This document shows, in pieces, positions 9,255 to 18,944 of a stretch of DNA of 64,000 nt. The DNA lies in the sequence record MW760841.1. One strand, written 5' to 3'. Every line of letters begins with the position of its first letter. Position 1 is the first letter of the stretch. The translations under genes and the position numbers were made by a program. A model generated the notes under the pieces. It did not search any database. It had not been told where the DNA came from and was given only the letters and a program-made list of their open reading frames with translations.

Positions 9255-9794
9255 ATGCGAATTCGTTTTAGCCCACCGTGGGAAGTTCAACCTAACATAG
9301 ATAAAGTGGCCAGCGTTAAAAAGTTAGAAACGCTGCAAGCTGAATTCTTTAATTGGTTATATGACTGCAAACCCGTACGGTTTAGCTCTGCCATCCTCCC
9401 GGATTGCTCCCCGGTTGCTATCTACAAATCGTTGATGGCACCGCCGGTGCTTCCAGGTCAATATTATGACCAAGTGTTAAACTTGGTGCAAAAAGGTTCG
9501 AACGAATCCCTTGCTGATTTATATGGGGAAGCGTTCGCCGGTCGTCTTCGTTGGGTGTTCACTCAGCGTAACGATGTGATTGTGGCGTCGCTCGCCGAAG
9601 CGAAGCCGGATAAACCCGGTTTTACTTTGGACGAACAACACGCTGCGAAAAAGATGTTCTGCGCAGAACTTTTTAAATATGTGCGTACAAAAACCCGCGT
9701 TGTCGACGATACATTCAGTACCTCAACGCAGTTTGCTGCTCATGAAGTGCTGACGCAATTATACGCATGTCATTTACTTAACAAGGTACTTTGA
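9255..9794 (+). CDS. conserved hypothetical protein upstream of capsid gene
   Basis: GGAG before ATG 9255; alternative starts at 9204 and 9240. Confidence 0.6.
   Translation: MRIRFSPPWEVQPNIDKVASVKKLETLQAEFFNWLYDCKPVRFSSAILPDCSPVAIYKSLMAPPVLPGQYYDQVLNLVQKGSNESLADLYGEAFAGRLRWVFTQRNDVIVASLAEAKPDKPGFTLDEQHAAKKMFCAELFKYVRTKTRVVDDTFSTSTQFAAHEVLTQLYACHLLNKVL
9296..9323 (-). promoter_or_regulatory. putative nvRNAP-type promoter for helicase (TTTTTAACG-N14-TATG on - strand)
   Basis: Reverse complement reads CTTTTTAACG CTGGCCACTTTATC TATG, about 55 nt upstream of the helicase start. Confidence 0.55.
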
Positions 9795-9795
9795 A

Positions 9796-12093
9796 ATGAA
9801 AGAAACTCGTATCTCCAATATGGAGAAGCTGATTGAGCAGGGTAACCAACTCGTTACCAATGCGTCAGTGCAGAACTCCACTAAAGATTTGTGGTCCACC
9901 ATCGTTGCCGGTGAATCTATTCGCGGCAGTAAAGTAGCACATAGCTTCAGCCAGGTTTCCACCTCTGCTGACCAGGCTTTCGGTAATGTGTTCAGTGGTA
10001 AAACTCTGTCTCACGCGGCCCGTACTGCTTCTGCAATGATTCTGGCAGCTGCCGGTAACGAAGAAGAGTTCATGGCTAAACCAGCACGCGAGTCTTCTGA
10101 CAAGCGCTGGAACTCCTACATGGAAACCGCCATCCCTGGCCAGGCTTCCCTGAACGCTGACTACGGCAAAACGCCACTGGTTGCGACCGAATACTACACC
10201 AACAAAGACCTGGACAAAAACCTGGGCCTGACTTGGACCCTGAACGTACGTGCGCTGGAAACTCAGTCTGCTTTCGCAGAACGCCTGTTCCCAACCATCA
10301 CTGTTGAAACCAACGACGTTGGTATCACCGTGCGTACCAAAATCACCACCGTTACTCGCGGCGTGTTGAACGCACTGCTGGCTAAAGATTCCGTCATCGA
10401 CGATCGTAAGCCGCTGCACAACGCACTGACCGACCACACCGTTCTGCAAGATGACGCAATCCGCATCGTGCCGTACGTGATGGAAACTGGTGAAAACGCC
10501 GAATACTTCGTTGATGACCTGATCATCGAAAACGAAAACGTGCGTCTGGGCCGTGTGCCGTCTTACCCAACCAACTACCTGGATATCAAGAAAGAGAAGG
10601 GCAACCTGTTCCGTCTTTCTGCGCACCCTGGTATCGTGGCTGAAGGTTACGACGAAACTGACGAAATCGCACCTGGTGCTGCACTGGGTAGCATCCTGAT
10701 TTCTGTCCGTAAACCGACCGACGACGTGAAAGCTGGTTCTCTGATCAAGCTGAACACCCGTGACATGCAGTTCGCAAGCTTCCAGCGTCCTCCAGAAGGT
10801 GACGGCCGTGAGCTGGTCCTGCAATTCCGTCGTACTCAGTTCGCGCTGAACGGCAAGTCTGTTGACTGGAAAGGCAACGACATCCCGGCAATCGCTGCAC
10901 TGGAGCAGAACAAATACACTCTGCGCTACGTGATCAACATCTCCATGAGCCTGTTTACCAACGGCCCGCGTTCTGGTCAGTACGAAATCTCCGGCGCACG
11001 CCTGGATATCGAAGAACTGGTTGACGCAGCTGGTAACGAAGTGTCCATGGACAGCGGTACTGGTAAAACCATCGTTGACAACCTGAAACTCGAAATGCTG
11101 GGCTGGCGCTTCGACGGTACTCGTACCAACGAGAACCGGAGAACTCAAGGTCTGCTGCTCGACCCAGTTTGGGAACAAGAGAACTACAAGCTCCAGTACG
11201 GTTCTCCGATCATGACCAAAACTCCGGTCGGCGTTGAGTACGACGACGCTGAGCGTCTGGATGACCTGGTTTCTGCGGTTAACATCCGTAACGAAATGCT
11301 GGCCATCACTCAGACTCTGAGCTACACCGACGCGGTTAAGCAAGCGGTTGATACCCTGGTAACTCAGTGGGACAAATCTGCTATCCGTGGTCTGGGTCGT
11401 CACTGGGTGCGTCCATGGTACGAAGAAGTTGACTTCAAAGTTGACGAAATCGTCCAGTCTCTGGAAACCAAAGACGCGCTGATCAACGCCCGTCAGGCGC
11501 TGCTGCAACGTATCGCTGACCAGGTAACTCGTGCTATCCAGGATAGCCGTTACATGCCTGCTCTGCGTCTGTTGACTGCAAACCCACAAGCTGTGCCGAA
11601 AGTCATCATCGCAACTGACGAACCTACTGCTGCAATGCTGTTGCTGCAACTGGGTGAAACTCGTCTGCTGGGCGACCGCTACGAATACGAAGTGGTTACC
11701 ACGAACGATGACCGCTGGCGCATCAAGAACGAGGCTGACGGTTCTTGGACTCGTCGTCTGCAATGGGTTCTGAAAGTTGAAGGTACCGAAGAAGGCAGCT
11801 ACTGCGTTCTGAACTGGGGTAACCACTTCTGGTCTCCAATCATGGTTACCAACATCAACATCCAGCGTAACGGTTCTACCTCTAAAGAGCTGGCAGTACA
11901 GCCGCGTAACGCGCACATCTGCCACTGCCCAATCACTGGTCTGATTTGGGTTAAAGGTATCACCGATCTGGTTGCCAACAAACTGGCATACAACGTTACC
12001 ACTACCGCTAACGGTCAGACTGCTACCCCTGGTGGCAACGCTGGCGACGTAAACGGTTCTGGCGGTGACGCTGGTGCTGGCAGCAACCCTTAA
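9796..12093 (+). CDS. major capsid protein (phiKZ gp120/SPN3US gp75-like)
   Basis: 765 aa; very strong codon bias; A-T-E maturation-type site near residue 132 (VATE/YYT); C-terminal QPRNAHICHCPI; synteny with helicase and RNAP subunit; strong terminator follows. Confidence 0.88.
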   Translation: MKETRISNMEKLIEQGNQLVTNASVQNSTKDLWSTIVAGESIRGSKVAHSFSQVSTSADQAFGNVFSGKTLSHAARTASAMILAAAGNEEEFMAKPARESSDKRWNSYMETAIPGQASLNADYGKTPLVATEYYTNKDLDKNLGLTWTLNVRALETQSAFAERLFPTITVETNDVGITVRTKITTVTRGVLNALLAKDSVIDDRKPLHNALTDHTVLQDDAIRIVPYVMETGENAEYFVDDLIIENENVRLGRVPSYPTNYLDIKKEKGNLFRLSAHPGIVAEGYDETDEIAPGAALGSILISVRKPTDDVKAGSLIKLNTRDMQFASFQRPPEGDGRELVLQFRRTQFALNGKSVDWKGNDIPAIAALEQNKYTLRYVINISMSLFTNGPRSGQYEISGARLDIEELVDAAGNEVSMDSGTGKTIVDNLKLEMLGWRFDGTRTNENRRTQGLLLDPVWEQENYKLQYGSPIMTKTPVGVEYDDAERLDDLVSAVNIRNEMLAITQTLSYTDAVKQAVDTLVTQWDKSAIRGLGRHWVRPWYEEVDFKVDEIVQSLETKDALINARQALLQRIADQVTRAIQDSRYMPALRLLTANPQAVPKVIIATDEPTAAMLLLQLGETRLLGDRYEYEVVTTNDDRWRIKNEADGSWTRRLQWVLKVEGTEEGSYCVLNWGNHFWSPIMVTNINIQRNGSTSKELAVQPRNAHICHCPITGLIWVKGITDLVANKLAYNVTTTANGQTATPGGNAGDVNGSGGDAGAGSNP

Positions 12094-12129
12094 TCGCATC
12101 GCTTCATGTCTGAAGCATAATGCGTGATG

Positions 12130-12172
12130 AATCCCCCGCTTCGGCGGGGGATTTCTCTTTTCTTTTTTTTTT
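12130..12172 (+). terminator. intrinsic terminator after capsid gene
   Basis: AATCCCCCGC-TTCG-GCGGGGGATT plus long T tract. Confidence 0.85.
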
Positions 12173-12192
12173 GTTCTGCTCAAAAATTATTG

Positions 12193-12213
12193 AGATAGAT
12201 ATTATCTAAGGGA
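12193..12213 (+). promoter_or_regulatory. putative early promoter
   Basis: AGATAGATATTATCTAAGGGA. Confidence 0.6.
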
Positions 12214-12243
12214 ATGACTATCTTATTTTATCAAGGAGTAGCT

Positions 12244-12942
12244 ATGGATATCCCATTAAGTGCAATTAAAGCCATCCGCCAAACACGCGGTGGTATCGCA
12301 TTGAAGCTCAGTGAAGTAGACGAGTATTATTTTACCGAAGAACAATTTATTTGTTTCCACCAGGCTTTGCGCTACGTGGTTGAGAATTACGACGATCATA
12401 TTCAGCACCACGGTATTGGCTACGACGTCATTAGACCAGACTTCATGATTTGGGGCGACGACCGTTTCTTCGTAACGCCAAACTGGGAAAATAATCCGGA
12501 AGAGTCACTTGAAAACCAACTGCAACATATCGACCAACTGTTGGGCTTCTATTACCGCGAATCTGAGTTCGTTTACGTACCGCCTTTCATGGGCGGTGGA
12601 CACAACGACGATTTAATGGTTGCGGTTCGCCGCAGTGGCTCCCTTTCGTTAGATATCGGATTCACTTTCCGTCGCGACGGCAGCGCACGCACCATTGTGC
12701 CCGGCTACATCCGTACGGTTGTTGAAGCAGAAGCCAACAAGGTATATAACACCATTGAGCCATTCGTGAAGCTGCCCGCGTACTTCTCTTACGTCAGTGA
12801 CTTGTTGGGTGGTGTCACCGATACGAGCAGTTTGCCTGATGTGGGCTACAAACTGGCATTAGAGTGCGGCTTAGGCCAGCTTACACTCGGCAACCCCACG
12901 AAAGACGACCTCAGGGCTATTCAGAACAAACTCATGAAGTAA
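12244..12942 (+). CDS. hypothetical early protein (paralogue A)
   Basis: TATCAAGGAG RBS; C-terminus similar to next gene. Confidence 0.7.
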   Translation: MDIPLSAIKAIRQTRGGIALKLSEVDEYYFTEEQFICFHQALRYVVENYDDHIQHHGIGYDVIRPDFMIWGDDRFFVTPNWENNPEESLENQLQHIDQLLGFYYRESEFVYVPPFMGGGHNDDLMVAVRRSGSLSLDIGFTFRRDGSARTIVPGYIRTVVEAEANKVYNTIEPFVKLPAYFSYVSDLLGGVTDTSSLPDVGYKLALECGLGQLTLGNPTKDDLRAIQNKLMK

Positions 12943-12955
12943 TAAGGAGAATCAG

Positions 12956-13645
12956 ATGGAATACGACTTATCAAAGACACACATCACCGATCGTTTATTT
13001 GACGGTCGTGGTTTCTTACTTCAGACTCACGACACCAAACAACGTCGTGGGTTGATGAGCGCACTGGAAAGTGGCCATCAGCTGTATGTCACACGCGATG
13101 TTATTCTGGTATTGCGTAAGTGGTTAATGGTGTGGAAGGATCGGGTTGAACGCCGTGACTTCTCTTCTATTAGCACAACGCTGGCTATCGGTGAATACAG
13201 ATTCGTTACCCACAATTTCGAGCAACAGGAATACAAAGCCCTGGAAATGATAGAAAAGGATCAAGCATTGAAATTGCTTGACGAAGGCATAAATGGGCTG
13301 GCCGTAGGGTTCGATTGTGATGTGTGGCGTGAGAGTGAGGATTCGTTCTACTGGGACTACAGGGCATGCTCGGCTGACCGCCCACACATGGAAGTCATGC
13401 TGAGTGTCAACGAAGGCACTACCGAGTACAACTGCCGTATCAACCACGTACCCGCCTATCCGACGATACTCAAGGACTTGTCCGTTGTCCGCATTGCTGA
13501 ATCGCTTTTCAGTATTGCAAACACCAGAAGCTATCCACAAAGTGGGTATGTCTTAAACCTTCAACTGGGCTTTGGTAATATTGATTTGGCCTCAATGACT
13601 CGTGACAGCCTACGCGAGATGGCTGAGCGACTGATACCATTATGA
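12956..13645 (+). CDS. hypothetical early protein (paralogue B)
   Basis: TAAGGAG SD; 229 aa. Confidence 0.7.
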   Translation: MEYDLSKTHITDRLFDGRGFLLQTHDTKQRRGLMSALESGHQLYVTRDVILVLRKWLMVWKDRVERRDFSSISTTLAIGEYRFVTHNFEQQEYKALEMIEKDQALKLLDEGINGLAVGFDCDVWRESEDSFYWDYRACSADRPHMEVMLSVNEGTTEYNCRINHVPAYPTILKDLSVVRIAESLFSIANTRSYPQSGYVLNLQLGFGNIDLASMTRDSLREMAERLIPL

Positions 13646-13646
13646 G

Positions 13647-13716
13647 TTTTTTACGTGGAGACCAAGTGATATGGGCATTCACTCCACGTATTTTGGGATA
13701 GATATTATCCATGTGA
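13647..13716 (+). promoter_or_regulatory. tandem promoters (ACG-N14-TATG plus early motif)
   Basis: TTTTTTACG..TATG 13647-13673; GGATAGATATTATCCATGTGA 13696-13716. Confidence 0.6.
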
Positions 13717-13747
13717 ACTGTTCGTTGGTTTTATAATTGGGTACCTC

Positions 13748-14845
13748 ATGAATTATCAAAAACTGGATGTCGCACCGGTAGTTGTGTCACGGCCCGTGCA
13801 GCACGGTGCCATGACCAAAACCATTAGCTACGCGAATAATACCGGTATCCCTTTGTACGTTACTGAGAACCATGGCGGTAGTTTCATACTGGAACCAAAA
13901 CGGAATCGTGTCGTCAGTCCCAACGCGATAGAGATTTACGTGACGTACAAAGTACCAGCTGGGGTAGCGAATCTGGCAATGATGGCAGAATCGTTCTCAG
14001 ACGTTGTCTTTCGAAACATGGCCAACGAGCTGAGGCAGTATGGCGAAACCACATTGATGTACGTGGTGGAAAGTCCTGTCCCTATTTTACGTGGAGATGC
14101 AGTAGTATTGAGTGATCTGGGTTTGGCATTCTCCCGAGACCCTATCGGGATTAACCGAACTCCGGTGACCAAAACTCACGGCGACCGTACCAACATCACA
14201 TTAGGCGTGGTGGTGGTGCAGCGCTATGACGACCCAAAGAATTATACGTGGGTAAGGTATTACACCACGATGGTCAAAGTGGACTCTGTGCGCTCTAAGT
14301 ATTACGATGAGGGCGTATACATGGTGATGATGTCCGGCGAGATTGCCGAAGGTGGTCGACTGTTGCACTTTAAGTTCGATGACCCATTATCACCGTTCCG
14401 GGTATTTGAGAGTGAAGACGATGCACGTAGTTTTCGTTGGATGGCGGAAGCGATTCCGGATCTCGCCAATATGCGACAGCAGCTGGCGGATAAGATTCGG
14501 GATGTTGACCGTGAACTCGTAGACCGGAAAGCGCAGCAGGATTTGGAACATCGCCAACGCATGAATGACTTAGCCTTTAATAAAGAAGAGGTATTGGCTG
14601 AGTACCGTGTGATGGAGTTGAAACAGAAACAGCAGTCCGACGAGCGGAAAGATCAACTGGAAGAGAAGTCACTTACCCGTAAGGATACTTACGATGAGCG
14701 GTCGACATCCAGAAAGGATCAGTCAGAGGAGCGCAAAGAGAGCTATGACCGCCGTGCCACGGTAAGGAAAGATGGGTCTGATTTTCTCAAGGCTATTCCC
14801 ACGTACTTAGCAGCGGGTATGGCATTACTGGCGATTATGAAATAA
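13748..14845 (+). CDS. conserved phiKZ-like protein with C-terminal coiled coil and hydrophobic tail
   Basis: 365 aa immediately upstream of the RNAP subunit (phiKZ gp122-like position). Confidence 0.6.
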   Translation: MNYQKLDVAPVVVSRPVQHGAMTKTISYANNTGIPLYVTENHGGSFILEPKRNRVVSPNAIEIYVTYKVPAGVANLAMMAESFSDVVFRNMANELRQYGETTLMYVVESPVPILRGDAVVLSDLGLAFSRDPIGINRTPVTKTHGDRTNITLGVVVVQRYDDPKNYTWVRYYTTMVKVDSVRSKYYDEGVYMVMMSGEIAEGGRLLHFKFDDPLSPFRVFESEDDARSFRWMAEAIPDLANMRQQLADKIRDVDRELVDRKAQQDLEHRQRMNDLAFNKEEVLAEYRVMELKQKQQSDERKDQLEEKSLTRKDTYDERSTSRKDQSEERKESYDRRATVRKDGSDFLKAIPTYLAAGMALLAIMK

Positions 14846-14856
14846 GGAGGGTCAGT

Positions 14857-16626
14857 GTGTTTGCAGATTCGATTAAGCGATTAAAGACGGAAGGTAAAAT
14901 CGTTCCGTTTAATCGCGCTGTGGCAGAAGGAATCGGATACACACAAGCGAAGGACGGGATTCACGAGCGAGTTTACAGTATTCTTCGACGTGAACTGACG
15001 TATGACCCGGAAACTAACCCACGGTTACCTATCGGGTTAGCGGTACAGCAGTTCCGCTTCATGCAACCGTTCGAAACATTTGTCTTTAAAGTGGCGAAGG
15101 CAGATAACCGTCAAGCCCGTGGTCGTGCACCAATTTCGATTGCGCGTACCGACCAGTACATGATCATGGCCAACTTCAAGATACCGGGCGAGAACCGCCT
15201 GACTCCGCGTCCGATGTACTTACCGTTCATTCGTCGTGGTGGATTGATGCACAGCTGGGGCACACTGTACCATGTGGCTCCGGTTATTCACCAACCGGGT
15301 ATCTGTCGTGAACACGGCGGCATCTTCATTAACTTTGACTTCACCCGTAAAGTGTCGTTGAAGTTCTGTAAGAATCCAGCCCGTATTCTGGTCAACGGGA
15401 AAAAGGAAGAGATTTACCTGCCGGGTACGAATAACCTGTACGTGCCTAAAACCACGCAGGGCAACGATTCCGATGAAAAGCCACTGATGTATTGGCTGTT
15501 CGGGAAATATGGCTTCAGTGAGGCTGTGAAGCGTTGTACGGGGGCCGATGTGAAGATATGGCCAGCGTATCGTGTGAAAGAACTGGATCTGGACAAGCAA
15601 GTGGTGATTTCGTCAGGTGAGCAACAGCTGGCGAAGAACATTCAGTACGTGCTGGTGACGGATAAAGAGAACTTCCCGAACGTCGACCGTTCTCGTTGGG
15701 AACAGAATGAACACCTTCTGTTGGTAGTGTGTGCTGCCTTCTTCAAAGCTGCGCACTATTACGCTGGGAAACAATCTGCCCGTTCTCCACAGCGTACCAC
15801 GTTAACCCCACTCTTTACCCGTATCAATGAATTTGATGAAGCGGACGATCTGGCTAACCTGGACTCTCCGGAAATCTGGAAAGAAATCCTGGGTCGCAGC
15901 ATTCAGGGTACCAAACCGTTAGACGTGGAATTGCTGCGAAGCATGAACAGTCACTTCATGGAGTGCGAGCGTTATGTGAATAATACGTTCCGTGCAGAAT
16001 TGATGGTGACCGATCCGGATATTGATCCGGACATCGACATGTTCGACTTCCTGTACTACACGACCAAACTGATGGTACGGACTCGACTTACCAAACAGGA
16101 CGACATCCCGTCCATGTACGGTAAGCGTTTGACCGTTGTCGATTACCTGCTGTTGGGTCAGACCGGGTTCACGAGCACCATCTCCTTTATACGTTGGCGT
16201 CTCAGCCAGCTGGAGAACCGGAGCGCGGAAACCTGCCATGAAACCATCCGTGATGAACTGAACAAGAAGATTGTTCCGAACCTGGTGTGCCGTGGTATTA
16301 CCAGCAACGGCGCGATTAACTTCTTCAATGCCTCTACGGAATCCATGGTACTGGCGGTCTCAACGCACGCTATCGGCCAAACCGAAACGGATAACAAACG
16401 CAGTAAGAAAGGTAAAACCGTTAACTTGAATGACCGCACTAAACATGCGTCGGCGTCACATCTGGAATTGGGTAACGTTTACTACATTCCGAAGTCCGCA
16501 CCGTTCAAGTCCAACATCCTCAACCCGTACATGATGACGAACCGCAATTTGGTCATGTTACGAAATCCAGCCCTCGATCCGATCATTCGAGAAGCTGAGG
16601 CCGACATTGCACAAATCGGCCGTTAA
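14857..16626 (+). CDS. non-virion RNA polymerase beta-like subunit (phiKZ gp123-like)
   Basis: LPFIRRGGLMHSWGTLYHVAPV, MYGKRL, DRTKHASASHLELG segment; synteny after capsid gene. Confidence 0.8.
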   Translation: MFADSIKRLKTEGKIVPFNRAVAEGIGYTQAKDGIHERVYSILRRELTYDPETNPRLPIGLAVQQFRFMQPFETFVFKVAKADNRQARGRAPISIARTDQYMIMANFKIPGENRLTPRPMYLPFIRRGGLMHSWGTLYHVAPVIHQPGICREHGGIFINFDFTRKVSLKFCKNPARILVNGKKEEIYLPGTNNLYVPKTTQGNDSDEKPLMYWLFGKYGFSEAVKRCTGADVKIWPAYRVKELDLDKQVVISSGEQQLAKNIQYVLVTDKENFPNVDRSRWEQNEHLLLVVCAAFFKAAHYYAGKQSARSPQRTTLTPLFTRINEFDEADDLANLDSPEIWKEILGRSIQGTKPLDVELLRSMNSHFMECERYVNNTFRAELMVTDPDIDPDIDMFDFLYYTTKLMVRTRLTKQDDIPSMYGKRLTVVDYLLLGQTGFTSTISFIRWRLSQLENRSAETCHETIRDELNKKIVPNLVCRGITSNGAINFFNASTESMVLAVSTHAIGQTETDNKRSKKGKTVNLNDRTKHASASHLELGNVYYIPKSAPFKSNILNPYMMTNRNLVMLRNPALDPIIREAEADIAQIGR

Positions 16627-16656
16627 AGAATACAAATCTAAAGGAGAATCAAGAAC

Positions 16657-18255
16657 ATGGCAATTACCACACAAGCTGTAGCAAAACTCTGCGAATCCCG
16701 TCTGAACTCTGACGAAAACCTGGTGATGATTAACAACGCTGTTATCAATAACCAGATTGACGTTACCGAAGCTTTGGACATCGCGGTTCGTTTTGGTAAC
16801 GTGATGGCTACACGCTCCGGTGTGACCGAGCAGAAACTGGCAGATGCAATTGTGGCCGCTTACAAATCAGCAGCCTACAAGAAGTTGCAACAGTACAACA
16901 TCGGCTTTAATAATGATCCGCAGCTGCACAATGGCCTGAACAATATGTTCCAGGAAGTGGTTACGGTAATTAAGAACAGCGAGCAGAGCGCAAGTGCCGG
17001 TGGTTTGACCGGTGGCCTGCGTCTGGGTGGTTTAGGTGGTGGCGGTATTAATGCAGGCGGTTCGCTGTCGATTGATACTACTCCAACGCTGACCAGCTCC
17101 CCAGGCTTGCCTATCGAAGCCAGTGGTGGTCTGAACGTAAGTACCGGTCTCCCGGTAACACCTGCGCAGATTCCTGCTGTACAACCGACGTCACCGCTGG
17201 CATCCATGCCGGTTGCTACGTTGGTTCCGGACGCCAACCAACCGATCCCGGCATTGACCCAACCTGTTGGCAATGTCAACGAACCTGTCTTTAGCCCAAT
17301 TGAGGAACTGGCTTTGGAAAGTTACGCAGAGCACGAACTGGAGGCACCAAAACGTCGTACCTCCATCACCGCGAAAGAAGCTAACGACCGTGTAATCGAA
17401 TACGCGGAATCGAAAGACTGGAAGCAGCCACTGGAAGACCTGATTCTGGGTACCGAACCAGCCGTCTATTACAGTGGTGCAGACATTGCTGTGCGTCTGC
17501 GTGAACAGAAACGTTCCTATCTGGTTGGTATTGATGCGGATTCCAGCGAACGCTTCAAAGCGTTTGTGCTTAGCCACAACAACCACATTGAGGCGCTGCG
17601 TGATCTCGTCACGCTGAACCATGATGCGGATAAAGTGATTAAGATGGTATCCGATACCCTCGACGCGATGAAGCTGAATGTGGTACAGCTGTATGTGGCG
17701 TCTGTGAAAGAGAATGAAGAAGTGACCGAAACCATCGTGTCCGAAGCTGTGCGTTTCACTAACGCCTACCTCGGCATGTTGAGCATGACGGTACACAACG
17801 GCATTTCTCTGGCGACTGACCGCTGCACAGAGCTGCCTGGGAAATTCAAGGGCGTTGAGTTAGAACGTAACATGGACGACCTGAAATTCTTCAGTGGCCA
17901 ACTGTATCAATCTACGATCGGCGACAACGGTTACACCAATCTCCCGGATTTCTTCCGTGATTTGTTCATGACCGTGGCCAACTCTGTCTCAACACTGACC
18001 GTGAAAATGGAAGGTAGCGCGACTGTCTCGATTGTGCAGAAGGCATTTGACATCTTGATTCCGGGTAACTACCCAACCCTGACTCGTAACAGCATGGTAG
18101 GTAAACATTCCCTGGGGGCTACCGAAGTCCCAGTGACTGAAATCTACGAATACCTGCGTCATGGTATTCCGGATGCCAACGTCTATCTGGTGGCTCCGCA
18201 AGCACGTTACTTGCTGCTGTCTAACGGCGAGCCAACTGCGGCTATCCGTTACTAA
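16657..18255 (+). CDS. hypothetical protein with Gly/Pro-rich linker
   Basis: 532 aa; AAAGGAG SD. Confidence 0.7.
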   Translation: MAITTQAVAKLCESRLNSDENLVMINNAVINNQIDVTEALDIAVRFGNVMATRSGVTEQKLADAIVAAYKSAAYKKLQQYNIGFNNDPQLHNGLNNMFQEVVTVIKNSEQSASAGGLTGGLRLGGLGGGGINAGGSLSIDTTPTLTSSPGLPIEASGGLNVSTGLPVTPAQIPAVQPTSPLASMPVATLVPDANQPIPALTQPVGNVNEPVFSPIEELALESYAEHELEAPKRRTSITAKEANDRVIEYAESKDWKQPLEDLILGTEPAVYYSGADIAVRLREQKRSYLVGIDADSSERFKAFVLSHNNHIEALRDLVTLNHDADKVIKMVSDTLDAMKLNVVQLYVASVKENEEVTETIVSEAVRFTNAYLGMLSMTVHNGISLATDRCTELPGKFKGVELERNMDDLKFFSGQLYQSTIGDNGYTNLPDFFRDLFMTVANSVSTLTVKMEGSATVSIVQKAFDILIPGNYPTLTRNSMVGKHSLGATEVPVTEIYEYLRHGIPDANVYLVAPQARYLLLSNGEPTAAIRY

Positions 18256-18261
18256 GTGAAA

Positions 18262-18291
18262 AGGGGACCTTCGGGTTCCCTCTTCTTTTTT
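18262..18291 (+). terminator. intrinsic terminator
   Basis: AGGGGACC-TTCG-GGTTCCCT plus T tract. Confidence 0.75.
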
Positions 18292-18308
18292 GTTTTGAGG
18301 AGAGTACA

Positions 18309-18533
18309 ATGGAAACGAATGAAGTTTTAGCATCAGTATCCGCAGAACGTGACGATCTGGACGCCAAGCTTAATGCATTAAGCGACTACCGCAACGGTTC
18401 AGATTTCAGCGCTCTGCCCGCGAAACAACAGGCGTTACTGCTGATGCAACTTAACGCGATGACTTTGTATCTTGACGTGCTGAACATGCGCATCGATGAG
18501 ATGGAACCGGAAGCCTCGCCCCCTGAGGAATAA
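18309..18533 (+). CDS. small two-helix protein, crAss001_48/T4 Y16Q-like (possible nucleotide-signal sponge)
   Basis: AERDDLDAKLNALSDYRNGSDFSALPAKQQALLLMQLNAMTLYLDVLNMRI pattern; GAGGAG SD. Confidence 0.6.
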   Translation: METNEVLASVSAERDDLDAKLNALSDYRNGSDFSALPAKQQALLLMQLNAMTLYLDVLNMRIDEMEPEASPPEE

Positions 18534-18577
18534 TTATTATAGATAGAAGCTGAATACTCCGTAAATGAGGTACGAGT

Positions 18578-18880
18578 ATGGTGAAACTGTTTGTAATAGA
18601 AATGAATCAGTGGCGAGATGTCTTGCTGCGATTCGAACTCCCGGACAACGACGCTACCACAGCGTTCCTGGAGCGCTTTCAACAAGTGAAGTCAGGGATA
18701 AGTGGTGGTAGACGTTTCCATGTCTATTACAACGTACGCCGTGCCCTCGTTCCGGCATTAGAAGCCGCCCAATTGCCCAAGGTTCTCAAGTTTCTTGAGA
18801 AGTATGAGAAAGACCCTTTGGCCATTGGTATCATGAAGGAAGATAAGGAGTTGGTCGGGAAACCTGCCGCAGCCGATTAA
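18578..18880 (+). CDS. hypothetical protein
   Basis: 100 aa; GAGG SD. Confidence 0.6.
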   Translation: MVKLFVIEMNQWRDVLLRFELPDNDATTAFLERFQQVKSGISGGRRFHVYYNVRRALVPALEAAQLPKVLKFLEKYEKDPLAIGIMKEDKELVGKPAAAD

Positions 18881-18891
18881 AAATAAGTAAG

Positions 18892-18939
18892 CCTCTACTC
18901 GCCCGAAGGCGAGTAGAGGTACATCACTTATTTTTTTTT
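18892..18939. terminator. terminator between convergent genes
   Basis: 12-bp stem CCTCTACTCGCC-CGAA-GGCGAGTAGAGG, A-rich left flank, T run on right. Confidence 0.75.
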
Positions 18940-18944
18940 GTTAC

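Noticed and set aside
9865-12183. 772-aa antisense ORF opposite the major capsid gene
   Set aside because: It is in register with the capsid codons. Strong codon bias (few TTA/CTA/TCA) removes antisense stops. There is no SD and the translation has no protein-like motifs.
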